Shown here one piece after another: positions 27,648 through 37,380 of a stretch of 64,000 nt of DNA. The DNA comes from an uncultured delta proteobacterium (GTDB lineage Bacteria > Desulfobacterota > RBG-13-43-22): positions 192,001 to 256,000 of the forward strand of contig CAWDKY010000017.1 of assembly GCA_963802945.1 (NCBI GenBank). The letters are read 5' to 3'. The position numbers were made by a program, and so were the translations under genes. Below the pieces are notes generated by a model. That model was not told the DNA's origin, did no database searches, and saw nothing but the letters and a program-made list of their open reading frames with translations. Every line of letters begins with the position of its first letter. Positions within the stretch are counted from its first letter, which is position 1.

Positions 27648-29360
27648 TTGAAAATAGAAGAGAGGCCTTTTATTAATCGTCATTCCGAGCTTGCCCATCT
27701 TAAACAACAGGCTGAGGAAATCGCCCAGGGTGGGGGAGAGGATTTGTTTTTATTTTCCCCTTGGGGAAGAGGGAAATCAGCCCTGTTAAAGGAGCTGAAG
27801 GAAATTCTCTTTTGGAGTCAGCAGGGAGTCATTCCTGTTTATTTCTCTTTTTCCCGGGACTATGTTGATCTGTTGGATTTTTCCGAAGAATATCTGGTTT
27901 CCGTACTCAGTCAAGTACTTTTATTCGGTCAAAAAGAGGGAATCTTAGCCCGGAAACAGGTGCCGTTTTCATTCTCCGATCTTCAAAGCGAAGCAGAGAG
28001 ACAGGGGGAAGGCATTATTGAAGAAGTTATTTTAAGTCACAAGAGGGCTGTCAAACTCAAAGATGATCGAAAAGGATTGTTAAATGCTTTGACCGCCCCT
28101 AGACGTATCGCCCAGGCCGGCAACAAGCCCATCTGGATGATGATTGATCATGTTCAAGCCGTTGAGACCCTCACGATAACCGGAAAGGGTATCGCCGGTT
28201 TGTGGAGGGAAGCGATTGCTTCTTCCTGGGCCCCACATCTTTTTTCAGGAGAGCCCCCTGCCTATTTGCTGAAAAACCTTCTTCCCTCTTTGGGACCTCC
28301 GAATATCCCGGTCATGGAATTAGGCCCTTTTCCGGTTGAGGCAGAAGAGGAACTGACCCGTCTTCTGGAAAAAATCTATAAAGTTAAGATAGCCCGAGAC
28401 TTGAGCAAAACCTGGTTTCTCTATTTGGAGTCCAATCCGGGATTTTTGACATCCTTGTTACGGGATGCTCGTTTGGAAAATAGCGGGTTGGAAAGCCATC
28501 AAAGATTTGTTAACTTATACCTGAAATCCTTCTGGCAAGGGGAATTGGGACGGTTATTTGAGGACCGACTTTATGGTTTTAATAAAATAAACCTCCTAAA
28601 TGGGCGTTTCCTGATTAAGATTTTGAATCAACTTTTGAAATTAGAGGGGCCCATGCTTCCTTCGACCGATTTGCAAAAAACCTTAAACTTGCCTTCCGGG
28701 ATGGTTCAGCCCTCGATTCGATTATTGGAACGGTCCGGCCTTGTTTGGGAACGGTTTGGAAATATCGGGTTGGAGAACAATAGGGTCATCCGGGATTGGG
28801 CGGAAGTGCTGGTGCATAAATACCTCTATCAGGAGAATCTGGACCAGATCATTAACCTGTTGGGAAAAAGGATAGAAAAAACTCTTTCCAAGTTTCAAGA
28901 AGAAGAATCGCCTTCCCCTGCGGACGGAAATGCTTTGCATTTTAATTTGGTCTTGCCGATAAACTCGGAATCCGAACTGGTGGCCGTTCGTGCCTTGGAG
29001 CAGATAGCGACTTATTCCGATTTGGATGAGGCGAGTATCGAGAAAGTCAAGATGGCCCTTATCGAAGCCTGTATCAATGCCGGGGAACACAGCCAAAGCT
29101 TTGAAAAAAAGATCCGGGTTTATTTTACGGTTCGCCCGGAAACTATTGAAGTGGTGGTTGAAGATCGAGGCCAGGCCTTTGATCCGGTTGAAGTTCAGGC
29201 CAGGCTCGTTCGAGAAGCGGATCCTCTTTCCCGGAAAAGAGGCCGGGGCTTGGCTTTAATCAAAGAGCTGATGGATGAAGTCCGATTTGAAAAAGCCGAT
29301 ATCGGAACCAGGCTTTATATGGTTAAAAAAAATCCGACAAGAGAGTGTGAGAAAAGATGA
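27648..29360 (+). CDS. P-loop NTPase fused to a C-terminal RsbW-like anti-sigma Ser kinase (HATPase_c_2)
   Basis: FINRHSEL, Walker A PWGRGKS, Walker B-like MMIDHVQ; C-terminal ALIEACINAGEH, EDRGQAFD, RGRGLALIKELMD. Confidence 0.85.
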   Translation: MKIEERPFINRHSELAHLKQQAEEIAQGGGEDLFLFSPWGRGKSALLKELKEILFWSQQGVIPVYFSFSRDYVDLLDFSEEYLVSVLSQVLLFGQKEGILARKQVPFSFSDLQSEAERQGEGIIEEVILSHKRAVKLKDDRKGLLNALTAPRRIAQAGNKPIWMMIDHVQAVETLTITGKGIAGLWREAIASSWAPHLFSGEPPAYLLKNLLPSLGPPNIPVMELGPFPVEAEEELTRLLEKIYKVKIARDLSKTWFLYLESNPGFLTSLLRDARLENSGLESHQRFVNLYLKSFWQGELGRLFEDRLYGFNKINLLNGRFLIKILNQLLKLEGPMLPSTDLQKTLNLPSGMVQPSIRLLERSGLVWERFGNIGLENNRVIRDWAEVLVHKYLYQENLDQIINLLGKRIEKTLSKFQEEESPSPADGNALHFNLVLPINSESELVAVRALEQIATYSDLDEASIEKVKMALIEACINAGEHSQSFEKKIRVYFTVRPETIEVVVEDRGQAFDPVEVQARLVREADPLSRKRGRGLALIKELMDEVRFEKADIGTRLYMVKKNPTRECEKR

Positions 29361-29707
29361 AAAATTTCAAGGTAACTCAAGAACGCCGGGGGGATGTGGT
29401 CATTTTTAAACTGCAAGGCTATCTGAACGATTTAGGTGGAGAGGAAGTTGAAAAGCAGTTTAAATTATCGGTCAAAGAGGGCCTCAAAAAATTTATAATC
29501 GATTTTGGAAAAATCGCTTATATTAATAGTATTGGAGTCTCTTTTTTGGTGGGGATTATGGATGCTACCCGGGAAAAGGCCCTTAAGGTCTGTTTCACCT
29601 CGTTATCCAAGATCAACGAGGAACTTTTCGAGATGGTGGGTATTAAAAAATATGCGGCTTCCTTTGCCTCCAATACAGAGGCCTTAGCCTATTTAAAGAA
29701 GACCTAA
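29357..29707 (+). CDS. STAS domain anti-sigma factor antagonist (RsbV/SpoIIAA-like)
   Basis: LQGYLND, IIDFGKIAYINSIG (phospho-acceptor Ser), LFEMVG. Confidence 0.9.
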   Translation: MKNFKVTQERRGDVVIFKLQGYLNDLGGEEVEKQFKLSVKEGLKKFIIDFGKIAYINSIGVSFLVGIMDATREKALKVCFTSLSKINEELFEMVGIKKYAASFASNTEALAYLKKT

Positions 29708-30932
29708 ATGGATTACCAAAAACTCTTTTATATTTTTTCAACCCTCTCTGAATTAGGGGAAGAAGTTACCTCGATCCGGAATTTTCAGCTTACTATCCAG
29801 ACTTCCCTGCATATGATTTTAGGAACCCTTTCCGTGGCCCGGGGGGGAATTTTTGCCCTCCAGGAAACCAAGGATCGACTTAGTCTATTGGCCGCCAAAG
29901 GTCTGAAGAAAGACGACCCTTCCTATTTGCTCCTTCCCCCTGAAACCAAGGCCTATCTAACCGGGAATCCGGGTATTTTTCTCTTTTCGAAAACGGGAAA
30001 AGGAGATTCATAACTTTTACGAAGCCAACCTGCCACTCTTTTCCCGTTTAAAGGTGAACCTGGGTGTTCCTTTACAGGTCAAGGGAGAATGGATAGGCCT
30101 GATTTGTCTAGGGCCCAAATTGGATGAGGCCCCTTATTCATCCATGGATAAAAACGTCCTTACCTTGCTCGGACACCACATTGCCAACGCCCTTTACAGC
30201 CAGCGTTTGATCGAAGCCTTGAATGTCAAGGTAAAAGAAAATCAAAAAATGGTGGAGAACCTACGTTTTATTTGGGATGATACCATCAGGGCCTTTGCCG
30301 CGGCGATCGATGCCAAGGATTCTTATACCCGGGGTCATTCCAACCGGGTGGCCCAGTATGCGGTGGCTATCGGGAAAGAAATGGGTTTGAAGGGTAAAGT
30401 CCTGGAAGGGTTTTATGTGGCCGGACTGCTTCATGATGTCGGCAAGATTATTGTTGACCGGGATATCATCAATAAGAAAAAACACCTTACGACTAAAGAA
30501 TTCGCAGCCATAATGGAACATACCAGGGCGGGGTATCAGATATTATCGACGATCCGCTTCCCCTGGTCCGACGTGCCCCTCATGGCCAAATCGCACCATG
30601 AAAAATTAGACGGCCAAGGGTATCCCGATGGTTTGAAAGGGGATCAAATTTCCCTAGGGGCCAAGATTATCAGCTTGGCCGATGCCTTTGATGCCATGAC
30701 CAGCCAGCGTCCTTATCGTCATCGCCTCAGTTTCGAGGGGACGTTAAAAGAAATAAGAAAAAACGTTAATATCCAATTTGAGAAACGTATTGTCTCGGCT
30801 TTTTTTAATGTCCTCAAAAAAGAAATTGAGGGGAAACTGTATAAACAGAAGATCATCCCTAATTTGGATGAGCATTTTAATCCTCAGGTGATTCATTCCC
30901 TTTTAGAAATGACCATTTTAGAACTCTCCTAA
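29708..30932 (+). CDS. GAF + HD-GYP protein, frameshift near 29980
   Basis: ORFs 29708-30013 and 30054-30932 are in different frames; YTRGHSNRV, LHDVGK, HHEKLDGQGYPDGL, DAFDAM. Confidence 0.85.
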
Positions 30933-30935
30933 AAA

Positions 30936-31610
30936 TTACTTATTTTCAAAAAGAGGCAGATATTGATAAGTTAGGGTAAGTTCGATTTCCCCTCCCCGGC
31001 CTTTTAGGGAAAGCAATATCTTCATGTCATCTACGTTTTCCCAATAATCAAAAAAATAGGCGTTTCCCGTCTCTAAAGCGATTAATTGATAGTGGAAATT
31101 AGGATGAACATAGCTGGTGGTATTGGTCGATTGGCCGTAGGTTTGGTTCAGGTTTTTACGAAGTTCGTTATAAAAATCAAAGAGGGGCTCTCCAGCCGTT
31201 GTTTTGGAATCGATGGGGACATCAAAAATAATATTGAGCTTGCTCAAACGATCCTTAGTGTAAAATAGATTAGCTTTTTTAATAAAGGATATTTCCCCTA
31301 TAAGTCGTGGGAAGGTATCCATTGGAGCCGTCTGTTGTTGAGGCTGAATATTTTTTTCTGAAAAAATCCTGGATATTTCGGATCGGTAAGCCCCTAGCGG
31401 AATTCCGGCAACCACAGGTGTTTTTTTGTTTTGTCCGGTTATGTCGGCGGATTTTATATAACTTGTTGGAACCTCGGTTTCCGATGTCTGAGGTATTTTT
31501 TTATTTTTTGTCTCTTGCCCCATAACCGGAAAGGTGGTTGAGACCAAAATAACCCCCATAACAAAAACAATAAAGCCAGGCCATTTAACTTTAACCCTTT
31601 TACTGTTCAT
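30936..31610 (-). CDS. Hypothetical exported protein
   Basis: AAGGAGG RBS, N-terminal signal-like segment, 224 aa. Confidence 0.7.
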   Translation of the reverse strand: MNSKRVKVKWPGFIVFVMGVILVSTTFPVMGQETKNKKIPQTSETEVPTSYIKSADITGQNKKTPVVAGIPLGAYRSEISRIFSEKNIQPQQQTAPMDTFPRLIGEISFIKKANLFYTKDRLSKLNIIFDVPIDSKTTAGEPLFDFYNELRKNLNQTYGQSTNTTSYVHPNFHYQLIALETGNAYFFDYWENVDDMKILLSLKGRGGEIELTLTYQYLPLFENK

Positions 31611-31722
31611 TTTTCCCTCCTTTAACAACCTTAAATAATGGAATAACTTTCCTACACGCCGGTATTTTTATGGAATATAGATAATATTTTTATAAGTTGC
31701 CAGTAAAAAACAAAACAAAGTA

Positions 31723-32075
31723 ATTTAATTTCATTTAATATAACATTATAAAAATAAATATCAAGAAAAAAAAATAAATGACATTAATTTTTTTCTTGAC
31801 ATCAGATAATTTCTTTGATATATTTACAAATAATATTAAAAAAATATGAAATATCAATGTATTGAACAAGTTATCTTTTAAACAGTTGCAAATGTTATTT
31901 AATTTCATTTAGTATAACATAATAAAAATAAATATCAAGAAAAAAAAATAAATGACATTAATTTTTTTCTTGACATCGGATAATTTCTTTGATATATTTA
32001 CAAATAATATTAAAAAAATATGAAATATCAATGTATTGAACGAGTTATCTTTTAAACAGTTGCAAATGTTATTTA
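31723..32075. repeat. Tandem 174-bp duplication of an AT-rich promoter region
   Basis: 31723-31896 repeated from 31897 with a few substitutions. Confidence 0.92.
31761..31824 (+). promoter_or_regulatory. Promoter with overlapping palindromic operator (copy 1; copy 2 at about 31935-31998)
   Basis: TCAAGAAAAAA...TTTTTTCTTGA inverted repeat overlapping TTGACA-17 bp-TATATT. Confidence 0.6.
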
Positions 32076-32461
32076 TGGGGCCGGAAAGTACGAGAATAAG
32101 AGAAAAGAAAGTGATGTATTCTACCTCATTACCTAAGAGCCTTAAGGACTCCCTTCAGAAGGCCGTAATGGTTCTTCATCGAACTAAGTCGGAGTGGATC
32201 CGCACCTCTTTAAACCTTTTTTTTGTCTTGAGTGAACAAGATCAGAATCAAATAATATTAGATACGTATCAAAAAATGGATAGTTCCCACTTAAGGCCGT
32301 TCACCACCACCATATTGGAAAATCAATTAATGCGGTTAAATATATTGTCGAGAACAATAAATCGCTCCAAGGCGGAAATTCTTCGAACGGCTATATTTAT
32401 CTTTTTATCAAAGAGTCCTGAAGAGCAGGAAAAAACGATAAAAACATTTTTATCCCGGTGA
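32075..32461 (+). CDS. Tandem ribbon-helix-helix (CopG-like) DNA-binding protein
   Basis: Two internal repeats: YSTSLP...LHRTKSEWIRTSL and FTTTIL...INRSKAEILRTAI. Confidence 0.65.
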   Translation: MGPESTRIREKKVMYSTSLPKSLKDSLQKAVMVLHRTKSEWIRTSLNLFFVLSEQDQNQIILDTYQKMDSSHLRPFTTTILENQLMRLNILSRTINRSKAEILRTAIFIFLSKSPEEQEKTIKTFLSR

Positions 32462-32465
32462 GGCG

Positions 32466-33683
32466 ATGACTATTAAAAGAACATCCGGATTTGTCCTGGT
32501 CCTAATCCTTGTGGGGCTTATTTTTGCCTCTGTTTCTTTTTCGGCCATGCCGGAAAGATTGCAGTTGGCCTTGTCGCAATGTCCTAAATGGATTAAGCTT
32601 TCCAGCGGAAACACCCCCTTTATTTGGGATCTGCCTAATCAAAAAAAATCCTTCCTGATCCAACTGGAGAGTGCCTGTTATCCGGCGCTCCTGGAAACTC
32701 GGCAAATAGAAATTTTAAAAGAATGGGTGGCCAAGGGAAATATCCTTTGGATTCTATTTAATCCTCTGCGGGACAATGTCCCGGGAAATCAAGATTGGGC
32801 CCATTATTTTGGCTTAAATATTGCCCTCTCTTCCCAATCAACCCTGATAACCAAAAGAGATGGGATGATTTTGCCGGTCCAGGGACTGACGGAAGGGGTA
32901 GAGGTCCTGCAGCTGGGGACCCCGAATATCACCCCGGCTTTTTATACTTTTACAGGTAATATTCTTCCCGTATTACAAACCAAAGAGGGATCAGTGGTCT
33001 TTGGAGGGCAGAATTTTGGAGCCGGTCGTATCATCTTTGATGGCTTCGGCTGGCTGTTTTTTGAAACCGAGAAGGATTGGTTGGATCCCAACGTCTATGA
33101 TAGCGAAGTCTTTTGGGTGAACTTCTTCAAATGGGCCAGAACTTGTGTCCAGCCAAAGGCGAAAATAGAAGAAAAAGTGGAATTGTATGTTGCTCCGGCA
33201 CTGGTAAAAAAAGCAAAAATAGATTGTTCGGAATTATCCGGCGCCTTAAGAGGTAAATTTCCAAAGCTTGAAATTAAGGTTCTGGAACGTCCCAATGGGG
33301 ATTGTGTATTTAGTTTGGATAGGGTTCTCTTTGATACGGGAAAGGCGGATTTAAGGGAAGAAGGACGGATGGTTCTCAATGAGATCGCAGAGATTTTAAG
33401 GGAGAATCCGGACTATCAGGCTCGAATCGAGGGTCATACTGATTCCATGCCGATCCGGGGAAGATTGAAAAAACAATTTCCGACGAATTGGGAATTATCT
33501 CTGGCTCGAGCTCGGGCGGTCTATGGGTATTTTCATGAGACGGGTCAAATTTCCAAAGATCGTATGACCACGGAAGGATTTGCTGACACCCGATCCGTGG
33601 CCAGCAATAAAACTCCAAAAGGCAGGCAAATGAATCGCAGGACTGAAATCATTCTTTTTATAAACCGATCAGCCGAGAAATAG
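32466..33683 (+). CDS. Exported OmpA/MotB-family peptidoglycan-binding protein
   Basis: Signal peptide; LFDTGKADL, IEGHTD, NWELSLARA, NRRTEI. Confidence 0.88.
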   Translation: MTIKRTSGFVLVLILVGLIFASVSFSAMPERLQLALSQCPKWIKLSSGNTPFIWDLPNQKKSFLIQLESACYPALLETRQIEILKEWVAKGNILWILFNPLRDNVPGNQDWAHYFGLNIALSSQSTLITKRDGMILPVQGLTEGVEVLQLGTPNITPAFYTFTGNILPVLQTKEGSVVFGGQNFGAGRIIFDGFGWLFFETEKDWLDPNVYDSEVFWVNFFKWARTCVQPKAKIEEKVELYVAPALVKKAKIDCSELSGALRGKFPKLEIKVLERPNGDCVFSLDRVLFDTGKADLREEGRMVLNEIAEILRENPDYQARIEGHTDSMPIRGRLKKQFPTNWELSLARARAVYGYFHETGQISKDRMTTEGFADTRSVASNKTPKGRQMNRRTEIILFINRSAEK

Positions 33684-33691
33684 GAGAAAAA

Positions 33692-34918
33692 ATGTATCAA
33701 AAGTACTTTGGATTGGTTGAAAAACCTTTTGCTGAGACCCCCAATCCTAAGTTCTTATATCTTTCGGCGAAACACCGGGAGGGATTGGCCCATTTAGAAT
33801 ATAATATTTTAGACGGAAAAGGCTTTACCGTCTTGGTGGGAGAGGTAGGAACCGGGAAGACAACCTTGTGCCGGGCGCTCATGGAACGTTTGGATAAAGA
33901 GAAAGTTACCGTAGTTCATATTATTCATACCAATTTGGATTTTTATGAGTTTTTAAGAGAGGTGGTCGATGAACTGGGGATTTCTTCCCAAGGACAGCAA
34001 AAATGGGATCTTCTGAAGGCGTTAAATCAATATTTGATTGAGGCCTTTGGGCAGAATCGCAAGGTAGTCCTGATTGTCGACGAAGCCCAAAACTTGACCC
34101 CATCGGTCCTGGAAGGGATTCGGATGCTTTCCAATCTTGAAACCCCCAAAGAGAAATTGATACAAATAGTTTTTGTAGGCCAGCCAGGACTTTTGGAACA
34201 TATTCAACGGCCCGATATGCTGCAGTTAAAACAAAGGATTGCCGGAAGTTTTTATTTGGGGCCTTTGTCCGAAAAAGAGACTCAGGAGTATATCCTTTTC
34301 CGCTTGGAGCGTGTTCAGTCCAGGCCCGTTTTGCGGTTTACCCCGGAGGCTGCAAGTCTGATTTACCGGTTAAGCGGCGGTATCCCTCGATTGATTAATT
34401 TTCTATGCGACTTTAGTTTGATGGAAGCCTATGTGGCCGAATCCTGGACAGTCGATCCTCTGCTGGTTCAGAAGGCCTATAAGGATTTAAAAGGGTCTCA
34501 GGAGTTTGAAAAACAAGCAGAAGGCGAAGAAAAAAAATTCTCCGGAAAGATTCAGGGAATACCGAGGAGTAATGAACTGGGGCTTGCAGTTTCCCCGGGG
34601 ACCTTTAAGACTCAAGAGGTACGGTTTCAAGGTATTGGTTTGGAAGAAGATTCTTCGGCAGGAGAGGAGAATTTTCTTTTTCCGGACAAAAAATCATTGG
34701 GGAAAAAAATGGTCGTTGTCTTGGGTCTGCTGTTGACCGTTGGAGGATTGTGGTCTTTCCTTTTCCGGGAAATGAATCTGGAACAGTGGAGTCCCAAGGA
34801 CGTCTCTCCGGCCTATCAAATAAAGATGCCCGTGGCCGATCTCGGGAGCAATCTTCATTCGTCGATGGTTTTATCTGAGAAAAAGCTGAGTAAAATGAAT
34901 CAAGGATCAAGCGAGTAA
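33692..34918 (+). CDS. ExeA/GspA-like AAA ATPase (EPS/PEP-CTERM-associated type)
   Basis: MYQKYFGL..PF..TP, GEVGTGKTT, IVDEAQNL, GQP, GGIPRLIN. Confidence 0.92.
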   Translation: MYQKYFGLVEKPFAETPNPKFLYLSAKHREGLAHLEYNILDGKGFTVLVGEVGTGKTTLCRALMERLDKEKVTVVHIIHTNLDFYEFLREVVDELGISSQGQQKWDLLKALNQYLIEAFGQNRKVVLIVDEAQNLTPSVLEGIRMLSNLETPKEKLIQIVFVGQPGLLEHIQRPDMLQLKQRIAGSFYLGPLSEKETQEYILFRLERVQSRPVLRFTPEAASLIYRLSGGIPRLINFLCDFSLMEAYVAESWTVDPLLVQKAYKDLKGSQEFEKQAEGEEKKFSGKIQGIPRSNELGLAVSPGTFKTQEVRFQGIGLEEDSSAGEENFLFPDKKSLGKKMVVVLGLLLTVGGLWSFLFREMNLEQWSPKDVSPAYQIKMPVADLGSNLHSSMVLSEKKLSKMNQGSSE

Positions 34919-34942
34919 AAATCTGACCCCAGGAGTGCCCAA

Positions 34943-35797
34943 TTGAGTACAAAAGAAGAGGCGTTAAAAAAAGCCATGGAACTAAAGGAAGAGATACGAT
35001 TTCGTGGTGATGACCTGCAACAATTGGTTGAGGGGGCGGTAAGAAAGGCTTTGGGGGAGACTCAGAAGGAAGAGGGATCTCCTAAACGGCCTGTTTTTTT
35101 TGAGACCGAACATCACCCGGAAGGAAGAGCCGCGGCTGGAGAGATTCTTCCCAGAGAATCGGGAGGTTCATTGCAGTGGCATCAGGGGATTGATTCCATC
35201 GCGGTCAACATCAAATTAAAAATCGGGGAAGGAAAGAAAGGGGCCGTCGTGTTCACTTCTTCCGTTTCCGGCGAGGGCACGACGACCGTTTGTTCCAATG
35301 TGTCCCGGGCCTTGGCCAAAGTCTGTCCGGGAAACATCTTGCTTTTGGATTGTAATGCCCACCATCCGGAAATCCATAGGCTGTTTGGAACAGAGGGGGT
35401 CCCCGGGTTAACCGACATCCTGATGGGAAGAATACATTGGGAAGATGCCGTCAGGAAAAGTAATGTTAGAAATTTTTATGTACTTCCTTTCGGTCAACCT
35501 CTTCAAGAATCTTTATCTCTATTGGGTTCGGAAGGGATGGGACAGTTGTTGAACGTTCTCAAGACGGATTTTGATTTCATTCTTATGGATTCTCCCCCTA
35601 TTTTACAGAGTGCCGGAGCGGAATTGATCGCTCCCTGGGTCGATGGCGTGATTTTAGTTATCAAGGCCAATACGACCCGCAGGGAAGTGGTGATGCGAGC
35701 GGTGGAACGAATGATTCAGCAGAAAGGATTTCTTGGTACGGTATTAAATCAGCAGGAATTCATTATCCCCCAGTATCTGTATAAGAGGCTCAAATAA
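34943..35797 (+). CDS. CpsD/CapB-family polysaccharide tyrosine kinase-like protein (Walker A Lys replaced)
   Basis: FTSSVSGEGTTT, LLLDCN, ILMDSPP, GTVLN, C-terminal IPQYLYKRL. Confidence 0.85.
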   Translation: MSTKEEALKKAMELKEEIRFRGDDLQQLVEGAVRKALGETQKEEGSPKRPVFFETEHHPEGRAAAGEILPRESGGSLQWHQGIDSIAVNIKLKIGEGKKGAVVFTSSVSGEGTTTVCSNVSRALAKVCPGNILLLDCNAHHPEIHRLFGTEGVPGLTDILMGRIHWEDAVRKSNVRNFYVLPFGQPLQESLSLLGSEGMGQLLNVLKTDFDFILMDSPPILQSAGAELIAPWVDGVILVIKANTTRREVVMRAVERMIQQKGFLGTVLNQQEFIIPQYLYKRLK

Positions 35798-35801
35798 TAC
35801 T

Positions 35802-37364
35802 ATGAAAAAAAATAATTTCGGTTTTCGGAATTTAGATTTCGGAAAAAGAGCGGTCAGTTTTCCGGAAATTTATTTTTTAATGCTATCCTTCGTAATTTTT
35901 GGCCTTATGGGATGTGCCGCCCAGTCCGTTCAAGGGGAAAAGGGATCCGCAGGCATACCCAAGGAGGAACCTCAAAAAATGGTCGCTATGCCTTCCGGAG
36001 GGCAGCAGTCCGAATCAGTCTTAATATCCAGAGGGGACAGCCAAGGGTCTGATGAGAAAGCCCGTATCGGCTCCGAACTGGAAAAAGCGGTAGCCGAGTT
36101 GAAAGAAAATGTGGTCACTCTTAAAAAGAAACTGGATGAAGAGGTGGTCGCCAATGAAGCCTTGTTTAAGAAAGATCCGCCGGAATATAAGATTCGATCA
36201 GGGGATGTGATTGAGATTATTTATCATATGATGTATGAGGAAAATCCGACTGAATATCTTTTGGAAATTCAGGATTCCGTTAAGATAGAATTTTTTAATC
36301 AGCCTGATATGAACAGAACCGTAAATGTAAGATCGGATGGAAAGATTACCCTTCCTTTAATTGGAGATATCCCGGCAGCCGGGTTATCCACTACACAACT
36401 CGAACAAGAATTAATTGTCCGATACAAGAAATATCTTATAGATCCAAATATAGCCATTTATTTGGAACGCTTTAACGTCAAAATAGACGAACTCAAAAAA
36501 GCCATTACTACGGCACCAAGAGGGCAAAGTAAAATTTCTCCGGTTCGGCCCGATGGCAGAACCTCTTTCCCTTTTATTGGAGATGTTAAGGTAGCTGGGC
36601 TTACGGTCGAAGAGGTTCGAAAGGTCATCAATGAAAAATATCGGTCTTTTGTTCGAAATCTGGAAGTTACCGTGGTGCTTGAACGGGTGGTGAATCCCAC
36701 CATTTTTGTCAGTGGTGAGGTTAATGGACCTGGGGATTTGACCATTACCGGGCCTTTGTATTTATCGCAAGTCATCAGTCGGGCGAAAGGGTTAACCCCC
36801 ACTGCAGAGGGAAAACATGTTTTGGTGATACGGCGATTTGGAGTAAGCAAGCCTGTGGTGTTTTATGTCGATCTGGATGCCGTGTTGATAAAAGGGGATA
36901 TCAGCAAAGATGTTCTATTGACCGAAGATGATATGGTTTATGTGCCCCGGGCTTCCAGACACCGGTTTTTTATTTGCGGAGAGGTCAATACCGCCGGGGT
37001 GTATCCTATATTCCCCGAAGAACCTTTGACGTTGTCTCAAGCCGTTTCCATGGCTATGGGATTTAGACCAACGGCCGCTTTGAGTAGCGTGATAGTTTTA
37101 AGAAGGCCTGAGGGCCAACCTCCTCAAGCCATCAAGGTCGATTTCAAGGAAGTGCTTGCAAACAGTAATATGAGTCAGGATATTCTCATTCAAAAAAATG
37201 ATGTCATTTTTGTGCCTAAAACTTTTATCACTAAAGCGGATGAGTTTATCGATCAATGGTTTACCCATGGGATCTATTCACTTTTCCCGGCCAATTCAAC
37301 TTTGGATTTTATCATTGACCTGGATACGGTAAGTCATCTCAATAAACGAAGCTATGCTTTTTAA
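35802..37364 (+). CDS. Polysaccharide export lipoprotein (Wza-like, multiple SLBB domains)
   Basis: Lipobox GLMGC; VRSDGKITLPLIG, VRPDGRTSFPFIG, GEVNxxG repeats. Confidence 0.9.
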   Translation: MKKNNFGFRNLDFGKRAVSFPEIYFLMLSFVIFGLMGCAAQSVQGEKGSAGIPKEEPQKMVAMPSGGQQSESVLISRGDSQGSDEKARIGSELEKAVAELKENVVTLKKKLDEEVVANEALFKKDPPEYKIRSGDVIEIIYHMMYEENPTEYLLEIQDSVKIEFFNQPDMNRTVNVRSDGKITLPLIGDIPAAGLSTTQLEQELIVRYKKYLIDPNIAIYLERFNVKIDELKKAITTAPRGQSKISPVRPDGRTSFPFIGDVKVAGLTVEEVRKVINEKYRSFVRNLEVTVVLERVVNPTIFVSGEVNGPGDLTITGPLYLSQVISRAKGLTPTAEGKHVLVIRRFGVSKPVVFYVDLDAVLIKGDISKDVLLTEDDMVYVPRASRHRFFICGEVNTAGVYPIFPEEPLTLSQAVSMAMGFRPTAALSSVIVLRRPEGQPPQAIKVDFKEVLANSNMSQDILIQKNDVIFVPKTFITKADEFIDQWFTHGIYSLFPANSTLDFIIDLDTVSHLNKRSYAF

Positions 37365-37380
37365 AAAGGAGTGACAGCAC

